A DNA stretch of 64,000 nucleotides from Desulfobulbaceae bacterium (GCA_019163335.1 JAFLKM010000026.1:26347-90346), one strand, 5' to 3'; shown: positions 1 through 10,567, numbered from the stretch's first letter. Numbers and translations: made by a program. The notes: generated from the sequence alone by a model not told the origin.

Positions 1-504
1 GCCGGTCAAAACCGTCTTACCTGGCGGAAAAAAGCGTTCACTGCCGGGCAGGGACAGGCAAATTCGACTGGCCAGGGCCCCGAGTTTTCGATTGGCAAGC
101 CCGGGCACGGAATTCTGTTCATGAATCAGCGTCGGCTTGCCCAATAATTTCGCCGCAACCACCACCGGTCCAGTCACATAGCCGCCAACGCCCACCACCA
201 GGTGAGGACGGAAGCGGAAAATCTGCCAGATCGCCTCGACCAGGGCCAGTGGCAATAACACCAGTGACTGGACCAGGCTCAATAGCCCTTTCCCTTTAAG
301 CCCCTGACAATGAATCGTTCTCACCTGAAAGTCATACCTGGCAAGGCTGGCCGCATCCATCTTCCGCTTCGTCCCCACAAAGCAAACTTTTGTGTCGGGA
401 AACCGCTTACACATGGCCTCAGCCGTGGCAATGGCGGGGAAGAGATGGCCACCGGTTCCACCACCGGTCAATAGCAGACGGAGAGGCTGTTTTGGTGGCT
501 GCAT
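1..504 (-). CDS. murG: Undecaprenyl-PP-MurNAc-pentapeptide GlcNAc transferase MurG (3' end runs off the window)
   Basis: Hand-translated from ATG at 504: [24 protein letters not shown]...; later VVGVGGYVTGP and IHEQNSVPGLANRKL motifs; start overlaps the murD stop. Confidence 0.95.
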   Translation of the reverse strand, partial: MQPPKQPLRLLLTGGGTGGHLFPAIATAEAMCKRFPDTKVCFVGTKRKMDAASLARYDFQVRTIHCQGLKGKGLLSLVQSLVLLPLALVEAIWQIFRFRPHLVVGVGGYVTGPVVVAAKLLGKPTLIHEQNSVPGLANRKLGALASRICLSLPGSERFFPPGKTVLTG

Positions 505-1922
505 CAGCGAGCAGGCACCGAGTTTACCGCTGTTTCGACTGGCCTGTGTTCGGCATTCTGAACCCGATCTAGGAGCTTCTGTGCAGCCGACGCAAAGACC
601 CGGCCCCGATGCCCGTAATTTTCAAACATATCGAAACTGGAACAGGCTGGTGACAACAACACCGTATCCCCGGCCCTGGCAACAGAAGCCGCAAGCTTTA
701 CTGCCTCATCCATGGAACAGGCCTTTCGAATCTCAGTGGCCCCGTCTACAGCTTGGGCAATTAACCCCCCAGCCTCACCGATGAGGATAAGAAGCCGCAC
801 CTTCTTTTGAAGACTCGTCCGCAGCAGGGAATAATCATCGCCTTTATCCCGACCGCCTGCTATCAGTATCACGTTGCCGGAAAAATTATCAAGGGCACTC
901 AGTACAGCCCCGGTATTGGTCGCCTTGGAATCATCATAATAGGCAACTCCGGCTCCGATTCCCACCAGCGCCATACGATGGGCCGCCACCTGAAAGGCAG
1001 CCAGACTCCGCACAATGGATTCCGGCGGACATTCCAGGGTACGGGCGGCAAGGATGGCCGCGGCACTGTTCAAATGTCCGGTGGCAGTATCCAGCATAGT
1101 TCCAGTCAGATCATATTGTTCTGTACGCCCCTGCCACTCCACCCGCACTGCATGCCCGACAACCTTTGCCTGGCAATCATCTCCATGACCAAAGAGGAGC
1201 TGCCGCTGAGTTCCCAATTGTTTCTGCAAATCACGGCACAAAGAGTCGTCACCGCTGACAATGGCGGTATCCTCCGGTCCCTGCCCAGCAAAGATTTTCA
1301 TCTTGGCTGCCGCGTACCCGGCCATATTGCCATGCCGATCCAGATGATCGGGAGTCACATTTAAAAGGAGGGCAACATTGGCCTTAAAATCTCCGGCCGC
1401 CTCCAACTGAAAACTCGAGAGCTCCAGCACCAGCACATCAATACCTTCTGGATTCATCAGATAATCAAAAAGAGACGTCCCGATATTTCCCCCGACAAAA
1501 ACCTTCTTGCCAGCCCCCTCCAGCAACTCTCCAATAAGCGCCGTCACCGTGGTCTTGCCATTGGTGCCGGTAATGGCCACCACTGGCGCCTGGAGCAATG
1601 GTGCGGCCATGGCCAACTCACCCTGCACTGCAATTCCGCAAGAGCGAAGTTCCTGGAGGATCTGCAGATCCCAGCTGATCCCGGGGCTGACCAGAACCTC
1701 ATCGGCCTGCTGCAGAAACGGCAGGGTGTGACCGCCAAGCTCATACTCAACACCCCGCTCTTCCAGAAAGGCCAGATCAGATGCCTGCAGTTTCCCGGCT
1801 TCGGAAACCGACACCTGTGTCCCGCGGGAGACCAGATAGTGCACCGCTGCCCGCCCGGAGACCCCAAGCCCCATCACCGCCACATGACGATTGACCGCTT
1901 TTTTATCTTGTCCATTCATCAT
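504..1922 (-). CDS. murD: UDP-MurNAc-L-Ala:D-Glu ligase MurD
   Basis: GLGVSG Rossmann motif, [41 protein letters not shown]. Confidence 0.97.
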   Translation of the reverse strand: MMNGQDKKAVNRHVAVMGLGVSGRAAVHYLVSRGTQVSVSEAGKLQASDLAFLEERGVEYELGGHTLPFLQQADEVLVSPGISWDLQILQELRSCGIAVQGELAMAAPLLQAPVVAITGTNGKTTVTALIGELLEGAGKKVFVGGNIGTSLFDYLMNPEGIDVLVLELSSFQLEAAGDFKANVALLLNVTPDHLDRHGNMAGYAAAKMKIFAGQGPEDTAIVSGDDSLCRDLQKQLGTQRQLLFGHGDDCQAKVVGHAVRVEWQGRTEQYDLTGTMLDTATGHLNSAAAILAARTLECPPESIVRSLAAFQVAAHRMALVGIGAGVAYYDDSKATNTGAVLSALDNFSGNVILIAGGRDKGDDYSLLRTSLQKKVRLLILIGEAGGLIAQAVDGATEIRKACSMDEAVKLAASVARAGDTVLLSPACSSFDMFENYGHRGRVFASAAQKLLDRVQNAEHRPVETAVNSVPAR

Positions 1923-2998
1923 CGCAGTTTCAGGGTGGCGATGGCCAGCAGCCCCAGCATGATGGAGACGATCCAGAAGCGGACCACCACCTTGGATTCG
2001 TGCCAGCCCTTTTTCTCAAAATGATGATGAAAAGGGGCCATGAGAAAGATCCGTTTGCCGTTTGTCATCTTGAAATAGCCAACCTGCATGATCACCGATA
2101 TGGCCTCCAGGACAAAGATCCCGCCGACAATGGCCAGCAGGAACTCCTGTTTGATGATGATCGCGACCGCTCCCAGGGCACCACCTAAGGCCAGAGACCC
2201 CACATCACCCATAAAGATCTGGGCGGGGTAGGCGTTAAACCACAAAAATCCCAGACAGGCCCCAACCATCGCGCCGCAAAAGATTGCCAGCTCCCCTGCC
2301 CCCGGCACAAAAGGGATCTGGAGATACTCTGCAAGCACGGTATGACCGGCCAGGTAGGAAAAGATGAGATACACCGAGGCCGAAATCACCGTTGGGCCGG
2401 TGGCCAGGCCGTCGAGGCCATCGGTGAGGTTCACTGCATTTGATGCGCCGACGATGACCACCACGGCAAAGACCAGATAAAACCAGCCAAGATCCGGATG
2501 GATATTTTTAAAAAAAGGCACACTCAAATGACCATCAAATCCGGGATGAAGAAGGAGGAAAAGGCCGACAATGGAGGCCCCGGCAATTTGCAGCAACATC
2601 TTGGCACGGGCGCTCAGCCCTTTACTGTTTTGTTTGCGCACCTTTTTCAGATCATCAATGGCGCCAATCATCCCGAAAAACAAGGTCACAACGAGCAGCA
2701 GCCAGACCAGCAGACTGTCAAGTCTTGCCCACAGCAGGGTCGAACCGGTGATGGCGGACAAAATCAAAACCCCGCCCATGGTGGGCACCCCCTTCTTGGC
2801 CAGATGGGTTTCCGGCCCATCATCGCGCACCACCTGACCTATCTGAAAGCGCCGCAAGGCTCGTATGAATATGGGCCCCAGAACAATCATCAGAAGGAAT
2901 GCGGTCAATGCCCCGCCGATGGAACGGACGGTGATATACCGAAAAACGTTAAATCCGCTGAAGACGGTATGTAATGGATAGAGTAAATGATAGAGCAT
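1919..2998 (-). CDS. mraY: Phospho-MurNAc-pentapeptide transferase MraY
   Basis: [40 protein letters not shown]; multiple TM segments. Confidence 0.98.
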   Translation of the reverse strand: MLYHLLYPLHTVFSGFNVFRYITVRSIGGALTAFLLMIVLGPIFIRALRRFQIGQVVRDDGPETHLAKKGVPTMGGVLILSAITGSTLLWARLDSLLVWLLLVVTLFFGMIGAIDDLKKVRKQNSKGLSARAKMLLQIAGASIVGLFLLLHPGFDGHLSVPFFKNIHPDLGWFYLVFAVVVIVGASNAVNLTDGLDGLATGPTVISASVYLIFSYLAGHTVLAEYLQIPFVPGAGELAIFCGAMVGACLGFLWFNAYPAQIFMGDVGSLALGGALGAVAIIIKQEFLLAIVGGIFVLEAISVIMQVGYFKMTNGKRIFLMAPFHHHFEKKGWHESKVVVRFWIVSIMLGLLAIATLKLR

Positions 2999-3149
2999 AA
3001 AAATAGGTCTCTAGTAAAAAATATTTTGATGATTCATGAAAACGATCCAATCAGAGTCAGGCGGACCACCTTGCAGGAGAAACCGGTCGACTGTTTTGCT
3101 TCGCCGAATCTTTATGGCTGCAGCCTGCTGCCTTCTACCTTCAATCCTT

Positions 3150-6100
3150 TTATACCCCGACCAACTGCGCCACCACTTCCTCCAGACGCATCCCCCGGGA
3201 GCCTTTCACCAGCAGCCAGTCATCAGCCTGCAGGCGACCAGTCTCGAGAAGTTCCTCAATCCAGGAGGCCACATCCTTCTTGTCCGCAAAAATTCTGACT
3301 CGCTCACTCTCCAGGCCGGCCTTGCTGGCTCCTGCGGCGACCTCCGAGGCAAAATCCCCCACCAGCGCCAGATAATCAACAGCCTGCGCCGCGGCATATT
3401 TTCCCACTTCGCGGTGCACCTCGGCACTGGTCGGCCCCAGCTCAAGCATATCTCCAAGAATCGCCAGCCTTCTGCCCCTTGTCTGCTGCCCAAGGGTGGC
3501 AAGCCCGGCCCGCATGGAGGCGGGATTGGCATTATAGGTATCGTTCAGGATATTTAATCCGCCCTTTCCCTTGACGATCTGCATCCGCTTATCGGCAGAG
3601 CGAAAGGCGCCAAGGCCTGCGGCAATTTCAACGATGTCGATTCCTGCGGCATGACCAATGGCCGCAGCGGCCACCGCATTGGAGACATTATGGACACCAG
3701 GGATATGCAGGGAGACCAGCACCGTTTTGCCGGCAATATGGAGGAAAAAATCCTGCAATCCCCCCCCGATTTTCTGGATATCGGTGGCCCAGACCTCAGG
3801 GGCCGGCTGCACCCCTTCAAGGGCAGTTCCGTAATAGACTTTCTTCTGCTGATAGTTAGCAGCGCAGACCTGCACAAGGGGATCATCAAGGTTCACCACC
3901 AGAACCGTATCCTTGCCACTTGCCGCGAACAACTCTTCCTTGGCCTTGGCTACCCCTTCCAGTGAATGCAATCCCTCCAGGTGAGCCGCATGAATATTAA
4001 CAATACAGGCTATATCAGGATCGGCAATACGGGCAAGGCGGGCAATCTCGCCGGGGCGGTTCATCCCCATTTCCAAAACGGCAGCCCTGTGTGCGGGGCC
4101 AATGGGCAGGAGCGACAAAGGCAACCCGATCAGATTATTAAAATTTCCCCTGGTTTTCAGCACTTGATTAGACGGCGATTGAACATCCACTTCCGCAGAC
4201 GGCCAATGCTGCTCAAAGATCGCAGCAACCATCTCTTTGACCGTTGTCTTGCCGCAGCTGCCGGTAATTCCAACCACCAGAGGCCACACTTTTTTCTGTC
4301 GCACTTCATCCATCCATGAGGCGAGTGACTCCGACTCTGCCATGGCCTGTATCCCCGGCTCACCGGACTTTGAAACATCAATGACCGGTGGACAGTTCAC
4401 GCTCTTTACTATCTGTCGCCGGTAAGCAGCGAGATCGCCCAAGGCCTGAAGGGTATCGTCCACCAGCAGACAGGGCACGGCGGGAAGTTTCTCTCGTGGA
4501 GTATCGCGACGCACCACAAGACAGCCCACCCCGGCAGCGGCCACCTGCTCTAAAAAATCATGCCCGTCGAATTGTTTTCCAACCAGGGCAACAAAGATGT
4601 CTCCAGCCCCCACCTTTCGGCTGTCGGTCACCACAGCCCCTAATGCTGCCCTTCGTATCAACCCTGCCGGCTCAGTTTTCAATTCACCGTGCGTTGCGAG
4701 CATGAGCCCCTCAAACCTCCAGGTGGTCAGGCCCTTTTTAACTTCAAGAGTATCATCAAAAAAACGCTTTCCGTCCTGTCCCTGCTGATACAGTTCATGC
4801 CCTTTCCCGGCAACAAGCACAATATCTTCATTGGTGGCTGCATCGATTGCTGCGGTGATCGCAGCGGCACGATCATGGAGGACAAAAAAACCTTTTTCTT
4901 CGGCCTTTGACATCATAAGCCAGGAGGGATCACGCTCAGGAAGATCGCTGGCGCTGACACCGGAGACGATCTGGGAGACTATTTCAACGGGTGATTCGGA
5001 GCGCGGATTATCGTCAGTAACAAGCACCACATCACAATTCCGACCGGCAATCTCCCCCATAATCGCCCGTTTTCCCTTATCGCGATCCCCCCCGCAGCCA
5101 AAAACACAGATCAACTTCCGGTGCGATAATCGGGCAAGGGTGGTCAACACCTTTTCAAGGGCATCAGGAGTATGGGCATAATCAACAAATACCGCCGGAC
5201 GAAAATGGAGCTCTGCAACGGCTGGTTTCACCCGTTGCAGACGACCTGGGGCACCGGTGGCATGCTTCATGAATGAGCTTATGGACTTCGCCTCAAGGCC
5301 CAGGGCCAGACCAAGCCCCACTGCTGTCTGGAGGTTGGCCACATTAAACTCCCCCACCAGAGGCGTTTCAAAAAATAAAAATCCAGAGGGGAGACGCAGG
5401 GTCAACGTTGTTACATCCAATCCTGAGTGAACATTGAGAGGATAGATATCACTCATCCCGACTCGTCCGCACTGTAATACCTGGGCCCTGTGATCTTGTG
5501 CCAGACTGACCAACCAGGCAGCCCTCCCTGTTTCCTCAGAATCCACAATTCCCGGACGGCTAATAATGGCGGCACCATCCTGCTTTAAGTGGTCTTTAAA
5601 CAGTAAGGACTTAGCTATAAAATAATCATCCATATCCCGGTGGTAATCAAGATGATCCCGGGAAAGATTGGTAAAGGCCACCACATCAAAACAAAGATCA
5701 CCAAGACGGCGTTGAACCAGGGCGTGCGAAGAAACCTCCATGACGACATGGGTCACTCCAGCGTCTGCCATCTGGCGGAGAAGGCCCTGAAGCAAAAACG
5801 GCTCCGGCGTCGTAAACGGGGCCGGCATCTCCACATCCTGGCCTTGCGGACCCCGGTAACGATAGTTGACCGTCCCGATAACCCCCACTGCCAGACCTTT
5901 CTGCCGCAGGATACTTTCCAGAAGATAGCTGACCGTGGTCTTGCCATTGGTCCCGGTAATCCCCACCAAGGTCAGCCCTTGGGCGGGATTGCCATAGAAA
6001 TTAGCAGCGATCCGGGCATAGGCCAGATGGCTGTCTGCCACCATAATGACACATTGAGAACAATCAGCAAACCGCTCCGGATCCACCTTGCCCTCTTCAA

Positions 6101-6518
6101 CGATAAAAGCCACGCAACCGCAGGCCACGGATGGCCCCGTGTCGCTCTCCCCAGGGATGGTTGAAGGGTGACCGCAAGCCATGGACGGCTCAGTGTCGCT
6201 CACTCCAGGGATGGTTGAAGGGTGACCGCAAGCCATGGACGGCTCAGTGTCGCTCGCTCCAGGGATGGATGAAGAGCGACCGCAGGCCATCACCTGATCA
6301 AGAAAGGCATGCCCATCGGCCTTGCTCCCGGTCAGGGCAACAAAAAGAGAACCGGCCTCGATCTTTCGAGAATCCACCACCACCCCCGAGACCATCACAT
6401 CGTCGGGCAGCTTTTTCCCCAAAACCGCATAGGTGATTGAGTGAAGAAGCCCCGTAAGCGAATATTCACGGCTGTTCCCCCTCAGGGCAGACTGCTGTTC
6501 AGCTCTGGTGCAATCCAT
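3150..6518 (-). CDS. murE/murF: Fused MurE-MurF ligase (1122 aa); exact start uncertain
   Basis: N-half: [41 protein letters not shown] (meso-DAP type). C-half: GITGSCGKTTVKE, NNLIGLP, EMGMN, NDTYNANP, LGDMLELG, VKGSRG. No stop between the halves. Confidence 0.95.
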   Translation of the reverse strand: MDCTRAEQQSALRGNSREYSLTGLLHSITYAVLGKKLPDDVMVSGVVVDSRKIEAGSLFVALTGSKADGHAFLDQVMACGRSSSIPGASDTEPSMACGHPSTIPGVSDTEPSMACGHPSTIPGESDTGPSVACGCVAFIVEEGKVDPERFADCSQCVIMVADSHLAYARIAANFYGNPAQGLTLVGITGTNGKTTVSYLLESILRQKGLAVGVIGTVNYRYRGPQGQDVEMPAPFTTPEPFLLQGLLRQMADAGVTHVVMEVSSHALVQRRLGDLCFDVVAFTNLSRDHLDYHRDMDDYFIAKSLLFKDHLKQDGAAIISRPGIVDSEETGRAAWLVSLAQDHRAQVLQCGRVGMSDIYPLNVHSGLDVTTLTLRLPSGFLFFETPLVGEFNVANLQTAVGLGLALGLEAKSISSFMKHATGAPGRLQRVKPAVAELHFRPAVFVDYAHTPDALEKVLTTLARLSHRKLICVFGCGGDRDKGKRAIMGEIAGRNCDVVLVTDDNPRSESPVEIVSQIVSGVSASDLPERDPSWLMMSKAEEKGFFVLHDRAAAITAAIDAATNEDIVLVAGKGHELYQQGQDGKRFFDDTLEVKKGLTTWRFEGLMLATHGELKTEPAGLIRRAALGAVVTDSRKVGAGDIFVALVGKQFDGHDFLEQVAAAGVGCLVVRRDTPREKLPAVPCLLVDDTLQALGDLAAYRRQIVKSVNCPPVIDVSKSGEPGIQAMAESESLASWMDEVRQKKVWPLVVGITGSCGKTTVKEMVAAIFEQHWPSAEVDVQSPSNQVLKTRGNFNNLIGLPLSLLPIGPAHRAAVLEMGMNRPGEIARLARIADPDIACIVNIHAAHLEGLHSLEGVAKAKEELFAASGKDTVLVVNLDDPLVQVCAANYQQKKVYYGTALEGVQPAPEVWATDIQKIGGGLQDFFLHIAGKTVLVSLHIPGVHNVSNAVAAAAIGHAAGIDIVEIAAGLGAFRSADKRMQIVKGKGGLNILNDTYNANPASMRAGLATLGQQTRGRRLAILGDMLELGPTSAEVHREVGKYAAAQAVDYLALVGDFASEVAAGASKAGLESERVRIFADKKDVASWIEELLETGRLQADDWLLVKGSRGMRLEEVVAQLVGV
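6117..6290. repeat. 54-bp in-frame tandem repeat (3 copies plus a partial) in the murE N-terminal domain
   Basis: Units start at 6117, 6171, 6225 and 6279 (accgca[a/g]gcca...); encodes the 18-aa unit ACGHPSTIPGxSDTEPSM. Confidence 0.95.
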
Positions 6519-6587
6519 TAAGAATGGTCAAGGAATGAATGTTATGGATAATAAGTGAAATCCTGAGAAGGAAGGAGAGACAGCTCC

Positions 6588-8540
6588 TTATTTCTTCATC
6601 TCAGGACGACGACCTTCTTCTACTTTTCGATCACGGGCGGCAGGAACTTTGCTTGGAGCTGAAACCTTTGGAACAATCTTTTCATCTTTTTTCAGGGTAA
6701 GTCGACACTCTTTCACATTCGCAAGCGGCATGCCGGCCCCGGGACTTTGACCAACCACACGGCCCGTCCCCTGAATCCGAATCCTGACATTTTTATCCTG
6801 CAACAGGCGAAGAGCCTTTCTCAAACTCACCCCGGATAGATCCGGCATCACAGGATGTTGCTCCTCAAGAATGGTCTCCAGTCGGGCCAGCTTCTTTTTC
6901 TCTTGCTGCTGCTGATAATTACTTTCTTTCCTCTCAGACATACCCATCATGTCAGAAAGATTTTTATGTACCTGCTGCAACGCCATCATGGACGGAAGAA
7001 TTTTCTCCGCTGAACCGGCAAGACCAGGGACGCCTTTCACTGAGGCTGTGGACGGCTCCAGATATGGCTGACGGATCAACACCATCAACGTCAACTCCGG
7101 CTTGTCTCCCGGGACAATCGCCAGCAACAATCTATTCCGGTGATACTCGCCGCCCTTATTCAGAACCGGCTGAAAAGAAAGGCCCTGAATATCAATCAGG
7201 GCGGAGTCCAGCACCCCTGTATGGGCCCTGGCCTTCAGCAGTTGCCAGGTTTCTGCCGAAGCCAGTGAAGAATTCGCTACATCCACCTTCCCCGCATTCA
7301 GATCACGAAAAAAATACTCCCGATCACCAGTTCGTTCGAGGACCCGATCAAGCACATGCGGCAAGACCTTGTGCCCCCCATTGACAAGGGCGTTGATCCC
7401 AAGCAGTATCTGCATGGGGCTTGCCTGCACCGGCACGGTTCCGGTTGCGCCGGCGGAAGGAATCCCGGGGGTCTGTTCGTTTCTGATTGCCCCGCCACCA
7501 CCATTCTGGGCTGAAAAATCAAGGTCAGGATGAGCGGTCAAGTCCAGCTGCTCCCACCACCGCGCCACACTTCCGCTATCCGCAGACCCTGCGACAACAC
7601 TCCAGGGGCACCTGTGATTATTACAGTCTGGACCCGTCTGCACCAACGCTGCTTCTTGAAAAAACCTCAGGATATCCTGGGGAATCACCATTGGTTCAAG
7701 CAAGATGTTGGCAAGAGATTCATTACCGTACTGGTAATAGACATTTGGATCAAAGGAGGGGAAATTTGCGTTGGCAATGATTGCGCCTGTCTCTGTCCCC
7801 ACGAGCACGGCTGCCACCTGCACTCCCTCATGGGCCGCCCCCAGAGCCGCCACGTATTTCTCAAGAAAGTCCTGTATTTTGAGATCGATGGTCAAGACAA
7901 GATGCTGACCATGCCCGCCGGTCCGATGATGTCCCTGCATATCGACACGGGGAAAGTCATCCTGACTGATACTGGTTTGATCAAGGAGACGGTTGTAATA
8001 CTGTTCTACCCCCGCAAGACCCATATTATGGTCAGAAAAGCCAAGGATATGGGCCGCGATCTTCTTGTATGGGTAGGAACGAATCTGCTCCCGGTGCAGA
8101 GAGACTCCAGGAAGTTTGAGATCAGACACCGCCTTTTCTTCTTCCAGGCTTATATCTTTAGCCAGCCAGACCCACTGCACTTCTTTATCAAAACGGTCCA
8201 GTATCTCTTGTTCATTCATTCCAAGAACAATGGCCAGGCGTTCGGCGCTGAGTTGAGGATCTTCAAGCTCTCTTGGTCGTACATACACTGAGACTCGATC
8301 AAGAGAAATGGCCAGCTCTTTGAAACTTCGATCATAAATCGTTCCACGCCCATTCTTTTTCTTCTCTGCTCCCTTTTCCTGACGGGAGAACATGGAAAGC
8401 GCATTCTGAACCAGTCCAGGAATCTCCTGTTTATAATAAACAGCGCCACCGACACCACCGACAAGACCGATCAACAGCATCCACAGAACGACAAGGCCCC
8501 GCCTGCTTTTCTTAATCGCCCGACGCGACTGAATGGCCAT
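6588..8540 (-). CDS. ftsI: FtsI/PBP3-like class B PBP (TM, dimerisation domain, degenerate transpeptidase, PASTA)
   Basis: RGTIYDR, RSYP...AHILGF...GLAGVE, LVLTID..IQ, PSFDPN, SPMQ..ALVNGG, C-terminal PASTA (MPDLSGVSLRKA..GTGRVVGQSP); ftsI position in the cluster; canonical SxxK/KTG motifs not found. Confidence 0.8.
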   Translation of the reverse strand: MAIQSRRAIKKSRRGLVVLWMLLIGLVGGVGGAVYYKQEIPGLVQNALSMFSRQEKGAEKKKNGRGTIYDRSFKELAISLDRVSVYVRPRELEDPQLSAERLAIVLGMNEQEILDRFDKEVQWVWLAKDISLEEEKAVSDLKLPGVSLHREQIRSYPYKKIAAHILGFSDHNMGLAGVEQYYNRLLDQTSISQDDFPRVDMQGHHRTGGHGQHLVLTIDLKIQDFLEKYVAALGAAHEGVQVAAVLVGTETGAIIANANFPSFDPNVYYQYGNESLANILLEPMVIPQDILRFFQEAALVQTGPDCNNHRCPWSVVAGSADSGSVARWWEQLDLTAHPDLDFSAQNGGGGAIRNEQTPGIPSAGATGTVPVQASPMQILLGINALVNGGHKVLPHVLDRVLERTGDREYFFRDLNAGKVDVANSSLASAETWQLLKARAHTGVLDSALIDIQGLSFQPVLNKGGEYHRNRLLLAIVPGDKPELTLMVLIRQPYLEPSTASVKGVPGLAGSAEKILPSMMALQQVHKNLSDMMGMSERKESNYQQQQEKKKLARLETILEEQHPVMPDLSGVSLRKALRLLQDKNVRIRIQGTGRVVGQSPGAGMPLANVKECRLTLKKDEKIVPKVSAPSKVPAARDRKVEEGRRPEMKK

Positions 8541-8697
8541 CGTATCTTATTGCCTATCCACTGTAAAAGTGTTCATCTGGATGTCAAAAATGGCAGAAAA
8601 CAGCCTCATCACAGATTTTCCTGACTACGCACGGTTGTTATCTGCCAGAGGCCATATCAAGAAACAGCTGAACATATTGCTGTTTCACAGGGGACCT

Positions 8698-9060
8698 CTA
8701 AAAACGAAAGACTTGTCTTTTTTCAGGGACATACAGGGCAAACCGATGAGCCGCTGTCTTCTCCAGATACTCCGGGGAAACGAGATAGGCCCGCTCTGCC
8801 CTGAGCGTGATGTTTTCGTCTACAAGGGCGGAACGACCCTCCTCAGCTTCCAGCACCGTCACCGCAATCCGCGAGGAAGAAGAAGACAACCAGGCATTGG
8901 CCAGCAGCAGAGTCAGACAGAAAATGAACAAAATCTTTGCTTCCGCCATCATCATTACTTTTGGCCCAAGCAGACCAACGGCCCTTTGCCACAGGTGCCG
9001 GCGCACCGGAGAAGAGATCATCGGACGGATATACGATTGAGCGGATTGATGAATAAACAT
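8698..9060 (-). CDS. ftsL: Cell division protein FtsL-like (start uncertain: 9060 or 9111)
   Basis: One TM followed by heptad coiled coil LVDENITLRAERAYLVSPEYLEKTA; lies between rsmH and ftsI. Confidence 0.7.
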   Translation of the reverse strand: MFIHQSAQSYIRPMISSPVRRHLWQRAVGLLGPKVMMMAEAKILFIFCLTLLLANAWLSSSSSRIAVTVLEAEEGRSALVDENITLRAERAYLVSPEYLEKTAAHRFALYVPEKRQVFRF

Positions 9061-9125
9061 GATAGTCAGCTCCTGAATTTGCTTCACAAGGGATTTTTTT
9101 AAACTCTCCATTCCGACCCGAACCA

Positions 9126-10037
9126 CTATTTTTTCTCGGCAACCCTTAATCGGGCACTTCGCGACCGGGGATTCTCCGCAACCTCTGCCGGTGTCGCCAT
9201 TAAGGGTTTCGGGGTAAGGACAGAGAGCTCCTTCTGTTCCCGAAATTTCCGTTTCACCAGACGATCCTCCAGGGAGTGAAACGAGATCACACAAAACCTT
9301 GCACCAGTTCGCAGCAGCGGCACGGCATCCTCAAGGATGTGGGCCAGGTTTTCAAGCTCGGTGTTCACCGCTATTCGCAGAGCCTGAAAGACCTTGGTGG
9401 CGACATGAATCTTTTCAGGATGAAACCGGCGCGGAATAGCCCGGGCCACAAGTGCGGCCAGTTGCCCGGAGGTCAGAATCCTTTCCACAATGCGACTGCT
9501 GCAGACCTCACGGGCAATGGGCCGGGCCTGTTTTTCATCGCCGTAATAAAAGAAAATGTCTGCCAACTCTTCTTCGGTACATCGTGCCAGAAGGGATGCG
9601 GCCGTCATCTCCCGCCTGTTGTCCATCCGCATATCCAGGGGCTCATCCCGCTGAAAACTGAATCCCCGACCTCCCATGTCCAGCTGCAGGGAAGAAAGGC
9701 CAATATCAATGAGAATGCCATCCACCTGTTCAATGCCAAGCTCTTTTAATCCAACACCGATTTCAGCAAAATTGCGCCGGACAATGGTCAGTCGATCCCC
9801 AAAAGACTCCAATCTGAGGCGGCTCCGAAGGATGGCTGCCTCATCCCATTCAAAAGCGACAACCCTGCCATCCGGCGCTGAATGACGTAAAATTGCCTCG
9901 GTATGTCCACCAAGCCCCAGGGTTCCATCCACATACAGCCCACCTGGACGGGGAGCAAGATAGTGGAGAACCTCTTTGGGAAGGACAGAGCAATGAACAG
10001 GAACCGCCTGTTCAGCCTGCGCCACAACCGCCATCAA
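9126..10037 (-). CDS. rsmH: 16S rRNA m4C1402 methyltransferase RsmH (MraW)
   Basis: HCSVL, DGTLGLGGH, RGFSF..PLDMRM, FQALRIAVN, ISFHSLEDR, NPRSRSARLR. Confidence 0.97.
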   Translation of the reverse strand: MMAVVAQAEQAVPVHCSVLPKEVLHYLAPRPGGLYVDGTLGLGGHTEAILRHSAPDGRVVAFEWDEAAILRSRLRLESFGDRLTIVRRNFAEIGVGLKELGIEQVDGILIDIGLSSLQLDMGGRGFSFQRDEPLDMRMDNRREMTAASLLARCTEEELADIFFYYGDEKQARPIAREVCSSRIVERILTSGQLAALVARAIPRRFHPEKIHVATKVFQALRIAVNTELENLAHILEDAVPLLRTGARFCVISFHSLEDRLVKRKFREQKELSVLTPKPLMATPAEVAENPRSRSARLRVAEKK

Positions 10038-10504
10038 AAGATCCCCAATTTGGCCAGGCTCTCCTTGTAATCCCCGAAATTCTGCCGAGTCGCCTGATTT
10101 TCACGATCCCAGGCATCTTTGTCCCAGATCTCAACATAATCAAGCATTCCGGTCAGCACCACATCCTTGACAATACCCGCCTCGCTGCGCAGGGAAGGGG
10201 AAATTAACACCCGCCCCTGTTTATCAGGAAGACAAGGGGTCACCCCGGAGACCACCAGACGAATAAAACTGGTCAGCCCGGGCTGTTCGCGGCCATCGGT
10301 CAACAACTTATTTTCCAGGATCTCCCACTGCGCCACAGGAAAGGCGCGAAGATGGTCACCCCAAATGGTCACCATCAAATCCTCGGTATCATACTGGGTC
10401 AGCACATCCCTGAAACGGCTGGGAATGTTCAATCGCCCTTTGATATCGAGTGCGTGTTCCGATCGTCCGCGAAATCGGCTGGTAGTCAAATTGCTGTTTT
10501 CCAT
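10034..10504 (-). CDS. mraZ: dcw cluster regulator MraZ (GTG at 10519 is an alternative start)
   Basis: Two DxKGR/DKQGR motifs, FRGRSEHALD, VEIWD; first gene of the cluster. Confidence 0.95.
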   Translation of the reverse strand: MENSNLTTSRFRGRSEHALDIKGRLNIPSRFRDVLTQYDTEDLMVTIWGDHLRAFPVAQWEILENKLLTDGREQPGLTSFIRLVVSGVTPCLPDKQGRVLISPSLRSEAGIVKDVVLTGMLDYVEIWDKDAWDRENQATRQNFGDYKESLAKLGIF

Positions 10505-10513
10505 GGCCTCCCG

Positions 10514-10557
10514 CCACACTTATCCACCGTACTCCCCTTTTCACCACTTTACACCAC
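10514..10557 (-). promoter_or_regulatory. MraZ-box array: five GTGG-type boxes at exact 10-bp spacing
   Basis: ccac/cccc on + at 10514, 10524, 10534, 10544 and 10554, directly upstream of mraZ; matches known MraZ operator architecture. Confidence 0.8.
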
Positions 10558-10567
10558 TATTGACTCT

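Noticed and set aside
6117..6290. Possible CRISPR array
   Set aside because: Units are contiguous 54-bp repeats with no unique spacers, in frame within murE; no cas genes in the window.
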